Both the position numbers and the translations under genes were made by a program. Shown one piece after another: positions 10,901 through 24,400 of a stretch of 64,000 bases of DNA. The stretch covers positions 3,286,001 through 3,350,000 of the forward strand of contig JBLDXI010000024.1 in the NCBI GenBank assembly GCA_047495785.1. The letters are read 5' to 3'. Position 1 is the stretch's first letter. Each line of letters opens with the position of its first letter. The stretch is from Lepidodermella squamata (lineage: Eukaryota; Animalia; Gastrotricha). The notes under the pieces were generated by a model that was not told where the DNA came from, searched no databases, and saw only the letters and a program-made list of their open reading frames with translations.

Positions 10901-12810
10901 TGCCTAGTCCGATACATGTGCGACTACGACATCCCGCGCACATTGGTAACCGACCGAGGAACGCAGTTTGAGCCATAGTTGTTCGCCGACATCTGCCGCA
11001 TCTTTGGTATCGATAAACGCCGCTCTGTCGCTTGTCATCCCCAAACCAACGGTCAGGAGGAACGCAGACACAAAACCCATGTGACGTAGATAGGACGCCG
11101 CACTCAGAGCACGCCGACAGACAAGAAGACTTGTTCTCATTTTCCAGCTACCAGCTAGCAACCAGCTTAACAAAAGATGGCCGCAGCAATTGGCACACCG
11201 GTTTGCCACTGGTGCTCCGCGACTACAACAGCCGAATTCACGCCGTAACCGGCCACAGCCCACTCAAACGCCAACATCGATGACTATTACGTCGCCGACA
11301 TCCAAGCTAAGCTCGTGCAGACTTGGAAACAGGTCGAGAAGAACATCGCCAAAGCCGAGGCAAAGCGAAAAGCCACTTGGGACGTAGGCGCCAGCGACAT
11401 CACCTACCAACCCGGCGACAAGGTCCTTCGTCGAATAATTCCCGGCCTATCGGGAAAGTTTGAAGATCGCTACGACGGCCCCTATTCCATCGTTCGACCC
11501 GCAGGTCAAAATCTGAACTGGGTCAGGAGAGAAGGGACGGAAGGCGAATTCGTCGAAAACGTGTGCAAGTTCAAAACATGGAAGAAAGCAATGTTTCCAT
11601 GGCCCCCAAATGAACCGCTCCAGAAATCGACAAATGAGCTACCGCAACTCCCCGACCTCGAGGAAACCAGTCTGCACCGATCGCGATCGAACTCTGCCGC
11701 AAGCTCAACCATGACAACTTCCAGCAAGTCAACGCAAAGCTCCGAATCAAGCCTTCCTGAAGAAGCGTCCCGTCCCAGGCGCCGCCGCTACCCAAGCGAT
11801 CTGAGCACCCCTAGCGCCCTATCAGTGACAGTGCCAGCACAAGCACCAGTACCAGTACCGGTACCAGCTCCAGTGACAGCGCCAGAACCTTTCAACGACT
11901 AGCCCTCATCACCAGCCGCACCCTCGCCGCAAACCTACGTCAGCGACGAACCCGAACCTCCGCCGCTCGAAGCCCTCGAAACTATCCCTGCACCAATGTA
12001 CCGTGGCGACCCTGCACCTGGATCTTCCACCGACATACCGCACGTACACACAGCCCGCACTCGCGCCGACGGTAGGCCCTTAAGGCAGCTAAAACCTAGT
12101 CTGAAGGCTCAGGAAACTGCAGCGCACTTCCATTCGGGAATGCTCTCAGTCGAAGCGTTAGGTGCCGCAGGTACTTGGCTGGTTAAGCAGTTTGAAGGGC
12201 TCAAGCAAAAACTTAGCCAATCGCCCTCAATAAGTGACCAAGAGCTATAAGAATCACACGGCTTGATTCAAAATATTCGTGCGTAAATTTTTCGACGCAC
12301 GTGCCTAATTGTTCTCATTCTCTTTTGATGTAATTTTTCGCTTTGCGTGCCTTTCAATTTTTCCCGTGCGTAGAACAATGTTTGCACGTTTTTTTCAGGA
12401 ACTCAATTTTTCCAAGAAATTATTGCCACTCTCAAACATTTAGTTTTTTGCGTAAATTTCGCACAAGCAGTGAGCAGTGAGCCTCGTCGATTTTTAGAAG
12501 TCAGCCTGGTGCTCAAATGTTATTAGATCTCTTGTCGATTTGCCTTCCCATCACTAGCTTTCAGTCCTGTGGTATGGTGCCTAGAACTTATGGTATGGTG
12601 CACCATGGACAAAGTTGACCCGGAATTTTTATTTTTTTCGCTCAGTGAATATTTTGCTCAGTGCTCAGTCGAATATGATACTCGCTTGATAGATTTCAGC
12701 CGAACGCCTCACGATTATTGCGACATCGAGCCTGAACTTTTACTTTACTCGGTAACTCGAGCAAAGCGTCGTTGAGACGGCGAAATTTCGACGGCGAAGT
12801 TCATTTCAAA
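7924..12810 (+). mobile_element. Degenerate Ty3/Gypsy LTR retrotransposon (putative 5' LTR, no 3' LTR)
   Basis: tRNA-Met PBS TGGTATCAGA (8176-8185) follows the putative LTR (7924-8173). Decayed zinc knuckle CFRCHQYGNSAREC (~8898), protease MLIDCAS, RT fragment SKFDLISGFY (YxDD core deleted), RNase H ELEAMAV/TVITDHKA, integrase HHCC + PFERVLMD + TDRGTQF + GPY. Many stops and frameshifts. Confidence 0.92.
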
Positions 12811-13570
12811 GGCTGAAATCGAGTATCCAGCATTGTAAAATAGCGGATAAGGACGTGAGACTAATAGTAGATGGACACGACACTTCCTATCTAACGCATC
12901 GTTCGAGTGACCGGAGAGGCAAAAAACGTGGAGATTGATCGCGTGTTGTTCTGGTCGCCGAAAAAATGACGCCGATTAACAATAATTTCAACAGCAAAAC
13001 CACCATCGCGCCATTACGCAAAATTTCTGTCTTCGATTTTACGCGGGGCGCATGTTTTCTCCAAAACAACACAGTTTTTTCTCAAATTTATTTGAACCGT
13101 CGCATAGATCATAGTTGGAGGATCGCGGCGATGAAAAATTCATCTGATAATTGATTTTAGAAGCCATTGAAATTTCACTTTGATGAAGCTAATTATTAGT
13201 CTAATCATAATCATAGCTAATTAACTACTAATTACTAATTAACGCTTTTCCCTGAAATTTTAATGATAGGGCTTTTCACTTACCCGACTCATTTGCCGAG
13301 AAAATTGAATTACAGGGTTCTCAGATCACGCGGCGAACATAATAGCAAACGGTTCCCCATCATTCAATATATCAATTTACCTTGCAAAAACTTGCAATTT
13401 GCAAATTTTGTATGGCTAATATTGCAGGAATCGCAAGTTTTAGGCGGCATTTAATCGAAGGCCAGTCCAAATTATGTAGCTTCCGGAGTACTGTGATCTT
13501 CTTTTCGATGAAGGTAGATAAAACATCTTGAGTCAAACGAAAGGATACGAGTAAAGATACGAGTATTTTC

Positions 13571-13710
13571 TGCTATGAAAATGCTGGCAAAAACACAGAT
13601 ACAATGCCTAATGCTCTGCGAAAACTTGGTTTTGTGAGACTTCTTGATATTATTTGCTGCGGTTTAGCTTGCTTTTTCCGCAATTATGGCAGCAATTTAC
13701 AACGTGCAAT
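13571..13710 (+). pseudogene. Duplicated 3' fragment of the LGIC pseudogene
   Basis: TGCTATGAAAATGC...GCTCTGCGAAAACTTGGTTTTGTGAGACTTCTTGATAT matches 954-1100, with indels. Confidence 0.85.
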
Positions 13711-13939
13711 TGTGTACGTAAGGCACCAACGTAATGCTAAGTGAATGTTTTTTTCACGATGAAGTATTTTTCTCAAATAAAGACGTATTTATTGTGCGTA
13801 TTCTTTTATAAAGACAACATGGTAGTAGTGTCGCTCTAGGTAAGTTACTAAAACAAATGCTAAATCCTAAGTCGTTCACTTGGAATTCCAGTCGTCTTTA
13901 GTGATCTGATGGAGCACCGTTTCTGTATCTTATCATCAA

Positions 13940-14781
13940 TTAGCTTATTTGGTTGCAATAATCGATTTTCATGTTGCTTATGATGGCCGTGTCAACCATA
14001 TTTTTAGCCGTAGTCGCCTTTGATATGAAAAGACCGGCACAGCAATCTCTGTAAGTTGAGTAAGCCACAGCACTAACAGCCAGTTGGCCTGACTGTAAAA
14101 TTTCAAGATGAAATAAAGTCAATAATGTGGAAAAAATATTACGCCAGGTGATGTCAGTAGGGAGTCGAAGGTTCCGTAACAGGTGTATGGGAATCGGACG
14201 CAAGCGCCTATGGGTGATGTGTTATGCTTGCAGATCTTAAATGGAGTCGCATCGTTTCCAGCGAAACAAGCAGCCTGTGATGGAGGGGCTGGGCTAGGCG
14301 GCGTGGAGAACACCACTGTCTCATAGACGACATTATTGGTTGGCGTTAGAGAGCCGCAGCAGGCCGAAAACGTATCGAAAGTTTGACCCGTAACAGGCTA
14401 GCAAAACGCTGATAAATTGAAAGAAAAATCCAAACAAAGCTGTTACCGTTCCGCCTCTGATAAAGGAGCAACTCGATCCAGCTGTGCTCAAGCAGTACTT
14501 GACCGCAGCTGAAATCGGGGCTGGTGTTGTCATTTGGCACTGACTGTATTGACCCTGAAAGCGTAATTTATGAGAAAAAACGACATTTATTCTGAAATCA
14601 GATAACTCACAGAAGTGGCACATATTTCAGAGCTTGAGCAGCCGGCTTGTGAGCATGTTTCGCTTCCTGTGCAGACCGATCCAGCTGTTGGGCATGGCGT
14701 TGCTGTTGTCGTCGTTGAGGGAGGACAGCAGCGAGATGCTACAACAAACGCTACGAGTAACACTAGCAGCCTGGCTAACAT
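13940..14781 (-). CDS. Secreted Cys-rich protein A2 (4 exons)
   Basis: Exon 1 14781-14611 (MLARLLVLLVAFVVASRCCPPSTTTT...CATS); exons 2-4 as in A1, ending DYCNQIS*. Confidence 0.85.
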
Positions 14782-15115
14782 TTGTAGTCAAGAATATTCA
14801 AGAAATGTGAGCTGAGGCTGGGGGGCAAGCTTTCTTATAGCTGGGTTAAAGTGCATCCGACCTAAAAAAAGCCGTATCACGTGGAAAGCATCACCTCGAA
14901 TGTGAAATTTCGGGAGACTTTAAACTGGCTATCTAGCGAGACAAGTTTCCAGCCTGGGCTCGACTCGGCTGTTCAGTTCAGTCTTTAAACCAATGCAGGC
15001 TTCGCATACGAAATTCAATACGGTAAAACCGTCTTATTAAGGTCAGACCTTGGCTTTAAGCTGCATTTAAAGTGATCGAAAACGACGCATTAGCTGGATT
15101 TTTGTAATTAAATTA

Positions 15116-15960
15116 ATGATGTTTCTTGGAATTATTCTTTTGGCGTTGGCTTCGGCCTGCTGTGCTTGCCCGGCTTCGAGCACCTCAAGCTCCTCAACCT
15201 CAACACCGTGTCCAACTTCTCCTTCTTGCCCAACTAACCAGGCTTGCCATGCAGTCACTTGCCCAAGCTCTGGGACTTACTGCCAGGTTCAGCATATCTT
15301 CAATTGTAGATTGAAAGAATCAAATCCTTGCATTTTAGGGCAAATTCACGATATGCTCTGTCTCTACTCAAATCATCGGAGGAACAGCAACCTACTGCTT
15401 ATCTACGCCTGGATTAGCGTGCAGCACGCTAACTGGAGGAGCTGTGAGTGAATCTACTTTTAAATTCGAAAGTTATAGAAGCTTCTTTGCAGCCTGCAAC
15501 GCCGGCTGCGAGCTACAGCACTTTTGACGATTGCTGCAGCGCAGTGGGAACGGCCATCGCTAGCACCCCCAGCGCCACGGTTCAGTATATTCAGATGGGT
15601 TTCGGCAGCCCAGCTTCTCCTGCAGCGGCCTGCGTTGGTACAGCCGATGCAACGCCGTATAAAATTTGCGTATCTACGGCTGGTGCTACGCTCGGCGCTC
15701 GTTGCATTCGCTTCCCGAAAACGTGCGCAACGGGCACCACTTTGATGGCTGCACCGATAGTATAACGATACAATTTATCAAGTAGTTTGATATATTTTAC
15801 GAATTTGCTTTCTTCTCAGAATCCTGGGTCAATCACCGATATGAATTCTGCCACATACTTTACATGCTGTGCAGGTCTTTCAGCTGGCCAAACTAATGTT
15901 CTGCAGCACTCGTCGGTGACGCTTTACGGCTCTCCGGTTGAACAGTGCCAAGTAATCTGA
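15116..15960 (+). CDS. Secreted Cys-rich protein B2 (4 exons)
   Basis: Same exon structure as B1. Last exon NPGSITDMNSATYFTCC...VEQCQVI*. Confidence 0.85.
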
Positions 15961-18139
15961 GGTGAAGCAAAGCAATGGTACTACGATGAAAATTTCCGAT
16001 TATTGACTTTTTAAGCTACGTTAAAATTCTAATATTTGTGAAATAAAGTCCCCATTGAAACAAATGCTGTCATTTAAACTATTCGCTGGACAATTCAAAA
16101 AATAGGGGACACTTCAGCAAATTCTAGCTCGAGGATTTTCTTTTTGCAGTCAGCCATGATCCTTCAGATCGGAGTTTGCAAAACGGGGAAAAAGAGGAGA
16201 AAATCAGACAGAAGGCATCTCAGCTTCAGAACCCCATTGCACATTGATTTTTCACCAAAACATAAGCTTTTATCGTTCGGTTCTCCGTTTTCTCCGACGT
16301 GCATCATTTTTATTGCCCTCTTCGCTATAGACACATCATGAAGAAGATGTCTATTAAGGCCAGGGCAAGCGGCTAGCCAAACGCACCTGAATTTGTCTGG
16401 CTGCACTGAGTAGGTTAAAAAATGTTATTATCTCTCATGAACAGTCATAACCCTAATTAAGAATCGACCCGGTGAGCACGACAAAGAGAGCGTATTATGA
16501 ACAATGCCCATGGTTTAGTTCACATTCAAAAAACGCTGGTTGAGTCGTGCTCATACTGTACACAGCGAAGAAGTAGAGACGTCGATGTTATTGTTATCAC
16601 GTGGTAGATTGCACTCAAAAGGTTGCGCTCAAAGAACCGGCAAGATCGTAATTACTCAGACCCTAGATGGAACTTATGTTCACCACCGCCGTCGCCTCGC
16701 TATTGTCAGGTGAAAAAAACTGACCTCAATCATTGATGAGAGTACATTAGCTCCAGCTCATTAGCTAGACAAAAGCAGTCAATTAAAATGGATTAAAGTT
16801 GCGATTGATTTTCAATAATCCGAAACGAGTGAAATGACTACAACAGCCGAAGGATTCTGTGATCATGAGCCTGTGATGAGTCAGCATTCGACATCTTGAC
16901 AAAATCGCGAGTTTAGAATGTCGACCGTAAAATGATTTGAGGCCTCGCCATACGTCGCATTTACACTAGACTACCCGGTAATTATCCAATTTAATTACTT
17001 TCACTGTTATGCAATCATTTTCACGAAAGACTTAATGCGTGGTTTTATCCATTTTTTTTTAAATTAATTCATCATATTTGGCACTTACTTGGTCGAGAAG
17101 AAATTTCACAAAATTAGCTCGACTGAGGTCTATAAGCTTCTATAAGCCTATATCACCTCGCTTCAAGCTTGCTATGAAATGAAATCCGCCGAATTTGTTA
17201 CGAATTTTTCTGAGAAAAAGTAAAAATAATTTGAAAGATTGAAAAATAGTGTTTAAAACCGATACTTCTAGATTGCGGATCAACACTGAAGAAATATTGC
17301 GATTGCTATTCGAATATTATTAAAATAATTTAGGGAGAATTTTCTCATAGAAATATTTGAAAATTCAATGTACTTTAAGCTTGTGTTTGAACCATGAAAA
17401 GGAACGCTTAACGAAACCTCCGATATCAATTTTTCTGATTTTTGAGTTTTTCCAAGTATTTTTCCGTATTACCGATATACGATATTTTTAATATTCATTC
17501 ATATTAAAAATAGAGGTTCGACAAGAGTGATGGTTAAGGTGGATTTCGAAACAAAGGTATAAATTCGAAAATCGTCACTAAAAATTCATTAAAAATGCCT
17601 ATGAATTTGTGAGCTATTAGAGTCAAATCTCGTGTGTGTTATTAATTCGCATTTTGGATTGAATGTTCTCACAGCTTGTTTTTCTTCGAGTGAGCAATGA
17701 GTCGTGATTACGCAACACAGTTTTGCAGGGTGCAAATAATCAATTTTTCGATATCGATTTTCTCCGCAACGAAATCGAACCGCTCTACGGGACTTGGTTC
17801 ATTATTACCGTAAAAAAATGCCAGATTTTTCGATATGTTTTTCAAGAATTTAGGAGATCAACTAATTTTTGACCGGATTTATAATGGCCGATCCACGGTA
17901 CAAAGTTCATAATTAGTGTTTCAATGCGAAGTGCGTGAGTGTCCGATCTGTACCATAATTGTCTATGAATTCAACCTAATTTTCTGCCAAAAGGTGCCAA
18001 AAATTTAGAGATAATAAAATGACAATCAAGCTGTTTGAATCAAAGTACGTGTTATTATCACCGATCATCAATAGAATAGTATGTAAGTACCCAGTATATA
18101 TCCAAGCAGCGTCGTTTCCCGAATTGCGTGCCGCAGAAC

Positions 18140-18285
18140 GTTGCTACGAGTTACAAGTGACTCAATAAATATGGTCATGCGATCCGGCTGATATCATCAC
18201 CGCGTTGTTAGACTCGAATTAATTAATTATTCCGGGCCTTGAAATTCGCGATTTGAAAATACGAACTCGAAGTAAACAGTAAATA
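18140..18285. promoter_or_regulatory. Putative RFX X-box and forkhead (FoxJ1-type) sites upstream of dynein
   Basis: GTTGCTACGAGTTAC (18140-18154) resembles an X-box. Tandem GTAAACA/GTAAATA (18272-18285) match RYAAAYA. Both lie 120-260 bp upstream of the ATG of a motile-cilium gene. Confidence 0.5.
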
Positions 18286-18402
18286 ATAAATAATATTCTT
18301 AAATCAGCAACGATTCTTCACCTCAAGTTGCTGTGTGAAATTTCTATTCAATTTAAGATGAATCATTTAAATTAGAAATTTCCGATATTTTAGTGAATTG
18401 GC

Positions 18403-21400
18403 ATGACGGATAATCCGGCAGCCCAAGGAAGTGCGGGTGTGCGGCATGGCGCCAGCCGGGTGCACTTGAACGCCGCGTCGCAGCTGCTGCACCACCCGAC
18501 GCATCACCGCCGCGACCACCACGACGCGCATGTTACTGTTACGAACAAATTCAAGCCGTCGCTGGGCGCAGCTGCGCAAGGCTTATTCGTCAAGCGGAAG
18601 GCTATTGTGGTAATCAAATAGAAAATAATTTTTATTTGAAAAATTTCGGGAAATGAACATATTCTCACGAAGCTAATATTCTAAAATTTCAACGCAATTT
18701 TTAATCGAATTCATGTTCCAGTCAGGGACCCCGTATTATATATATTTCGCCGGCTATTTCTGCGTAGACTGATATTTTTCCGAAAATTTCAAAAAATCTC
18801 CATTATTTTTTTTCAGAAAGGAGATGAGCGTTACAAGTACATAACTGGGCAGCTGTCGACTGTTACATGCATGGAGGTCGAGTCTGTTGAGAATTTTCTG
18901 GCCGTGGATGAGCAGTTCGAGGCTGTTGAAGAGTTCTTACAGGGCAGCGTCGATCGACCCGCCCTCATTTTCTACTACCAAACCTCGGTAATTTTACGCA
19001 CATTTATTTACACAGCAGTTGGCACATATTTCCTCTGCCAAGTATATCGTGAAATAATTTAAGATAAATAATATTCCAAAATATTTGATAATTTAATTTC
19101 GCCTTTTTCAATTTCTGAAAATTATCGATTTCAGATTTCAGGCTGCAGTATATGAGAATTTTCAACTGAGAAAAAAATCGAGCTTCTCTAGACCAAAAAA
19201 GCCCACAAAGCCCACAATTTCTATGCCCGAAATAATTTAAATTAATTTAAAATAACTAGAATTTTGAAATTACTTTGGTCATGGGAGGCATATACTTTAT
19301 TCGACATTATATTCACTTCTTTTCCCATCAAATTCCTTCTTTTTACATTACAACTTTTTCTGCCATTATCCACTCTTTTTCACAAAATAAATACTCTATT
19401 TTCCATTAAATTCAAATTAAATCTGGGGGTCTCGGAAAAAATATGTTTGGAATCGCCATGTGATTATGGAAAATAGCAACGTCAACATTTATTTAAGCAG
19501 CAAGGCAGTTGTAATAACTTGAAGAAGCGATTAATTACATAAATCCATCAATTTGAATGATAGTTTCTCCAGCAATACTCGACATTGCAAAATGGGAGGA
19601 TTGATACTCTTCTGAGAAATCACCTACTGAAAATTTGATGATACAAAACTGAGTATTGCATGATCAAGAGATGATATGACGGAATCACTGAAGCCCGCCT
19701 TGTAATTCACTTCACCGCGCTCGGCTTCCTGATAGTTGTCCCCGCCACGTTGAGCTTCGTGGTAGTTGGCTGCCTGATATTGACTATCGCGCCTCATGCT
19801 CTCCGTGAGCGGATACGTAATGACGGCTGTTACCTATTTCAAAAGCGTATTTATCATTGCTGTGAATTTTGTTCATCAATTTCACAAACTCACCAAGCAG
19901 GCTGCTATCATTAGCTTGTAGATCATCTCCGGGCTCTAAATAACAGGGGTGATAAAATATTAGAAAGAAAAATTCCTTTAATTAAATTAAGATGCGATGG
20001 ATGTGATGAATGAAGAATGAAGTTATGCAGCCACTTTTTACATTAGGCTAGCGACGGCGTTCATTTCAGTAGTTGCGCTATATGAATTTCCCTTGCTGGC
20101 GATCCAGGGTGCCGTTAGCGAAGCCAGCGCTCTAAGTTCAGCTGTCGTTTCTTTTCACGTGTCAGTTTAACACAGCCGCCATCTCCCTCCTTTACACAAA
20201 AGTTGGACTAGACAAAAAAGCCCACAAATTCTATGCCCGAAATAATTCAAATTAATTTAAAATAATCAGAATTTTGATACGCTGTATATAAAAATTTCCC
20301 AAAAATTACGATAATTTTTCAGAAAATTAAAAAAATTGAAAAAATTCAGGACTTGAAAATTGTTAATATGTACTGCTATTCAAACAATTTACGGTTTTAA
20401 TGAGGTTTTTTTTTATCTTATAGCTTTTAATCTTAATATATATTTTTTCCAGCGCCATGATTTCGTAAACGGAGAGGGCAAACGGCTTTTCATCACAAAC
20501 TGCTCGCAAGAAGCCCTAAAAGGTGTCTGCATCGCCTTTCAACGCACCAATGACAACAACCAAGCCGTCAACGGCGGAGCGATGCCCAGCGAAATCAACA
20601 TGACCACGCTAGACACAACAAACCACAGTCTACTGACCAGCATGGTCATGTCCCTAAATCGATTCATGATACCAGTCCTTGAGCAAACTGAAGACTGGGG
20701 ACACATGCCGCGTGGGAGATCGGATGAATTCATCCATAATCTGGACAATTTCAAAGATGTCCTAGTCTCGGCTGAAACAGGCATGAAAGACAAGCACGTT
20801 TTACCCCGAACTGCTAAGGACGACCAGATTGATGTCATCAAGTCACCGATGGATTGCCAGAGGTTATCGGCGAATCGAGAGCTAGTCGCTGATATCGAGT
20901 TGATCATCGACGCTTGGCTTCAGCAAATCGAGAAATTGCTAACTGAATCTGACCAAATGCGACGCGAAACTCACGACGCTGGCCCAGCGGCTGAGGTCAT
21001 CTATTGGAAGGGCAGGTGGTCGAAATTTGCGAACCTGATCGAGGAAATTAAATCGCCCCGTTGCCAGGCTGTAGTTCGCTTCTTACAAGTCGCTAAATCT
21101 CGGAAGGTTGTAACATTTCGAGAGTTAGACGCAAGAGTTACCGTGGCAGTTAACGAGGCTAGGGATAACGTCAAGTACTTACATACCTTAGACAACTTTG
21201 TCAATCAGTTGACGCGATGTACCCCTGAGCAGATGGTGGAACATTTGCCTGGTCTTATGAATGCGATTGCGATGATTTACAACGTTTCGCAGTACTACAA
21301 CACGAGTGATCGCATTACGAGTCTGTTTGTGAAAATAACGAATGAGATGATTCGAACGTGCCGGTATTTCATCATGGCGTCCGAGTCGCGGATTTGGGAC

Positions 21401-24400
21401 ATTGACCGCAAGCTGCTTCAGAAACGGGCGGATGAATGTGTGTTGTTGAACGAGAAGTACCAGGAGTGCTTTCGCAAGGCCAAAGGCAAGCTGCAGGAGT
21501 CTAACAGCCAAAGACGCTTCGATTTCAGCGAAAATTACAGTGAGTTGATAGTTCGAAGTGTGCTCCACAAGTTGCGCTACCATTTGTTCTGTTTTCGAAA
21601 ATTGTTGCTAACATTTTATTCTATTTTTTAAAAATTTTCTGAAATTGAACCTCCCGGAATCATTTTTCATCCTTCATCCACCATTTCACTCAGAAAATGA
21701 AAAATGTACGGAGAAAATCCTTCATAAACAGTGTCAGCATTCCGGAATACCTATCATATATTTACGTTATCTAAAATGCAGTTTTTGGAAAATTCGATCT
21801 CTTCTGCACGAGGCTGAAGAACGTCCTCAGTCTAACAAACGCGATTACCAACTACTCGCAGCTTGGAATAGTCAAACTAGAAGGCCTAGACCCCATCGTT
21901 GCGAAGTTCGATAAAATGACCGAAGTTATGCATCGAAAAACCTATGACTTCCTCGACATTCGCCAGTCATCGTTCGACGCAGATTTCGCCGAGTTTCAGA
22001 AGGGCCTGGACAGCATTAACCAACTGCTTCACAAGTATGTCGATGCCTGGTTCGAGAAGCCTCTCAACGTTGAAATGTTTGTCGACCTCCTAGGCAAGTT
22101 TGAAAGCTTGAAAGGCATCGAGCTGGATTTGACTGGCAAGTATTCGGCTGTGCTGAAGCAGTTCGAACGCGACATTGACCGAGTAAAATCAAACTACAAC
22201 GAGTACAAGCATAATCCGCCTGATAGTCGGAACTTGCCCCCTATAGCTTCTAAAATCGCCTGGGCACGGCAGTTGTACTACGCGTTGGAAACCCCGATGA
22301 ATCTGTTGAAGAAAAGGAAGCCGTTCATGACGGCTCCCGAGGCGAAACAGGTGATTTCGAAGTACAACAAGGTCGCAGCTGTGTTGGTCGAGTTTGAGAC
22401 TCTATACTTCAAGTCTTGGTCTTCAGCTATTGATTCCATTCTAGTTGGTCTGACAAGCACTGTTTTAGTTCAGAATCCTAAAACCGGGCAGCTTTTCACG
22501 AATTTTGACCCGAAAATCTGGGAGTTACTTGATGAAACTAGATTTTTGAAGAAACTCGGCTTCAAAATTCCGACAAGCGCTGATAATTTGCTGGAGAAGT
22601 CAGAGAAGCTGAAGCATACTAAGCTGGAGTTTGACGAAATACTGAAGCGATATGAAAAGATCAACGCGAGAATTCCGTCGATTCTTCTCCCTCTCCTGCC
22701 GGTTATTAGGTCAAAATTCGAAAAAAGAATTGACCCTGGCCTTCTTACTGTCACTTGGCGTTCTGTAGCTATCGATGATTTTGTCGCAACTTGCTACGTG
22801 GCTCTGAAGGAATTCAGCGACCTTGTCAGTCAAATTGACGATTTAATGAAGTATCGAGTCGAAGATCGATTGAAGGAAGTTGCTGAACTGCCGTTGGTAG
22901 AAATGCCACCTGTTGATGAGCCGGTCAAGATTGCTGAGTTTGTCTCACGTACCGAGGAGAGGACGACGAAAATGGCCTTTGAAATCGGTACGATTACTCG
23001 TCTTGTGGAGTCGAGTGTGAACGACTTGTTGACGATTTTGCATGGATTGTCGAGCCAGCGGGCAAAAACTGCGACCAGTCGGACCCATAGCCAATTCATG
23101 ACTGGATACTTCCCGTGCTACGCCATCGCAAAGTAAGGAAAATCTTTAACCTCTGAAATGGGGACTCTGATATTGAGGGGAACTCCTTGGGGTTTGGGTT
23201 ATAGGGGTCTCTGATGTAAGGTTATGACTAATGTTTTTCCCAATTCAATTTTCAGGGCTCTGGCCAAAGAATATACGGTCAACAGTCAGTCCAGCCCAGC
23301 GCCACCCGACGACTCAAAGCCTCGAACCTTGCAGCGATGTGGCGAGTGTGAAAACTGCATTTTCTTCACAATTATGAGCCATCTAACTCAGCAAAAGACT
23401 GACGCGCTGTTCCGATGTGCCGCCTTGGCATTAGACACACTTCGGCGTCGTTTACAATCTCACCAAGACTACTTCGGAGCTAAGAAGAACTTCAACATCG
23501 CGCCCGTGTTTTTCGCCGATCTAACTCTGTCTATGCCGAACATTGTCTTGAAGCCTTCATTAGACGAGATGCAACAGCTGGTTGGTAGAATCCTTCAGGC
23601 TATACTCAAGGTACCGCAATCTGTCCCACTTTGGCACCATCAGATTCAACAATTCCTCGGGATGCTAAATAGGGATGCTACAGTAAGTTCCAACCCAATT
23701 AGATCTACAATATATATAACAGCGATCTTTGTTTTTCCAGGCCGAAGATGATCCGGCAGTGATTGAACAGTCGCATCAGTTCTACTCACGCCAAGTTAGT
23801 GAGCATAAGGATATTCTTCGACACATGGCGCTGTTGTCATCCATCATCGTTTCGAATAGAGCCGACGTTGAGCAAGTTATTAAGAGCTTGGATGTTCATT
23901 CGGATCTGTGGCTTCAAGAGCCCAGTCAAGGCATAGCAGCATTCGAAGCTCGGAGGCCATCCTACTTCGAATATGAAGGCATGATTAAGACTTACCATGC
24001 GAGGGAGCAAACTTTGGAAGACATAAAACCGTCATTTCAAGTTGGACCTTTGCTTCTCCTGACTGAAAACCTGAAGTTGGCCCTAGTACAAGAGGCTAGG
24101 ATGTGGAAAGTTGCCTACGCCAAGTCACTGAACGCAAGAGCTGGTCATCAAATGGCAGAACTATCAAACTTCTACGATACAACTAGTGTCAAACTGACGA
24201 GGCCCATCCGAGATATTGAAGACGTGAGAACAGCGATGGCAGCGTTGAGTGATGTTCGCGAAGCTGAGGTCAAAGTAAGCATGACTATCCGCCCGATTGA
24301 AGAGGCCTACACCATGCTCAACAAAATGGATCTAGCCTTCTCGGATGGAAATGCTGAAAAGGTCGACAGTCTTGGGTATGGCTGGAAGAAGATTCAAGCC

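Larger units (their letters stand above)
13571..16662 (+). repeat. Second copy of a tandem segmental duplication (matches 954-1218 plus 4826-7487)
   Basis: Collinear similarity across the LGIC 3' end, gene A, the promoter, gene B and ~700 bp downstream. Confidence 0.93.

Noticed and set aside
16670-18000. AT-rich stretch that may be a decayed DNA transposon
   Set aside because: No TIRs or transposase motifs identifiable by eye.
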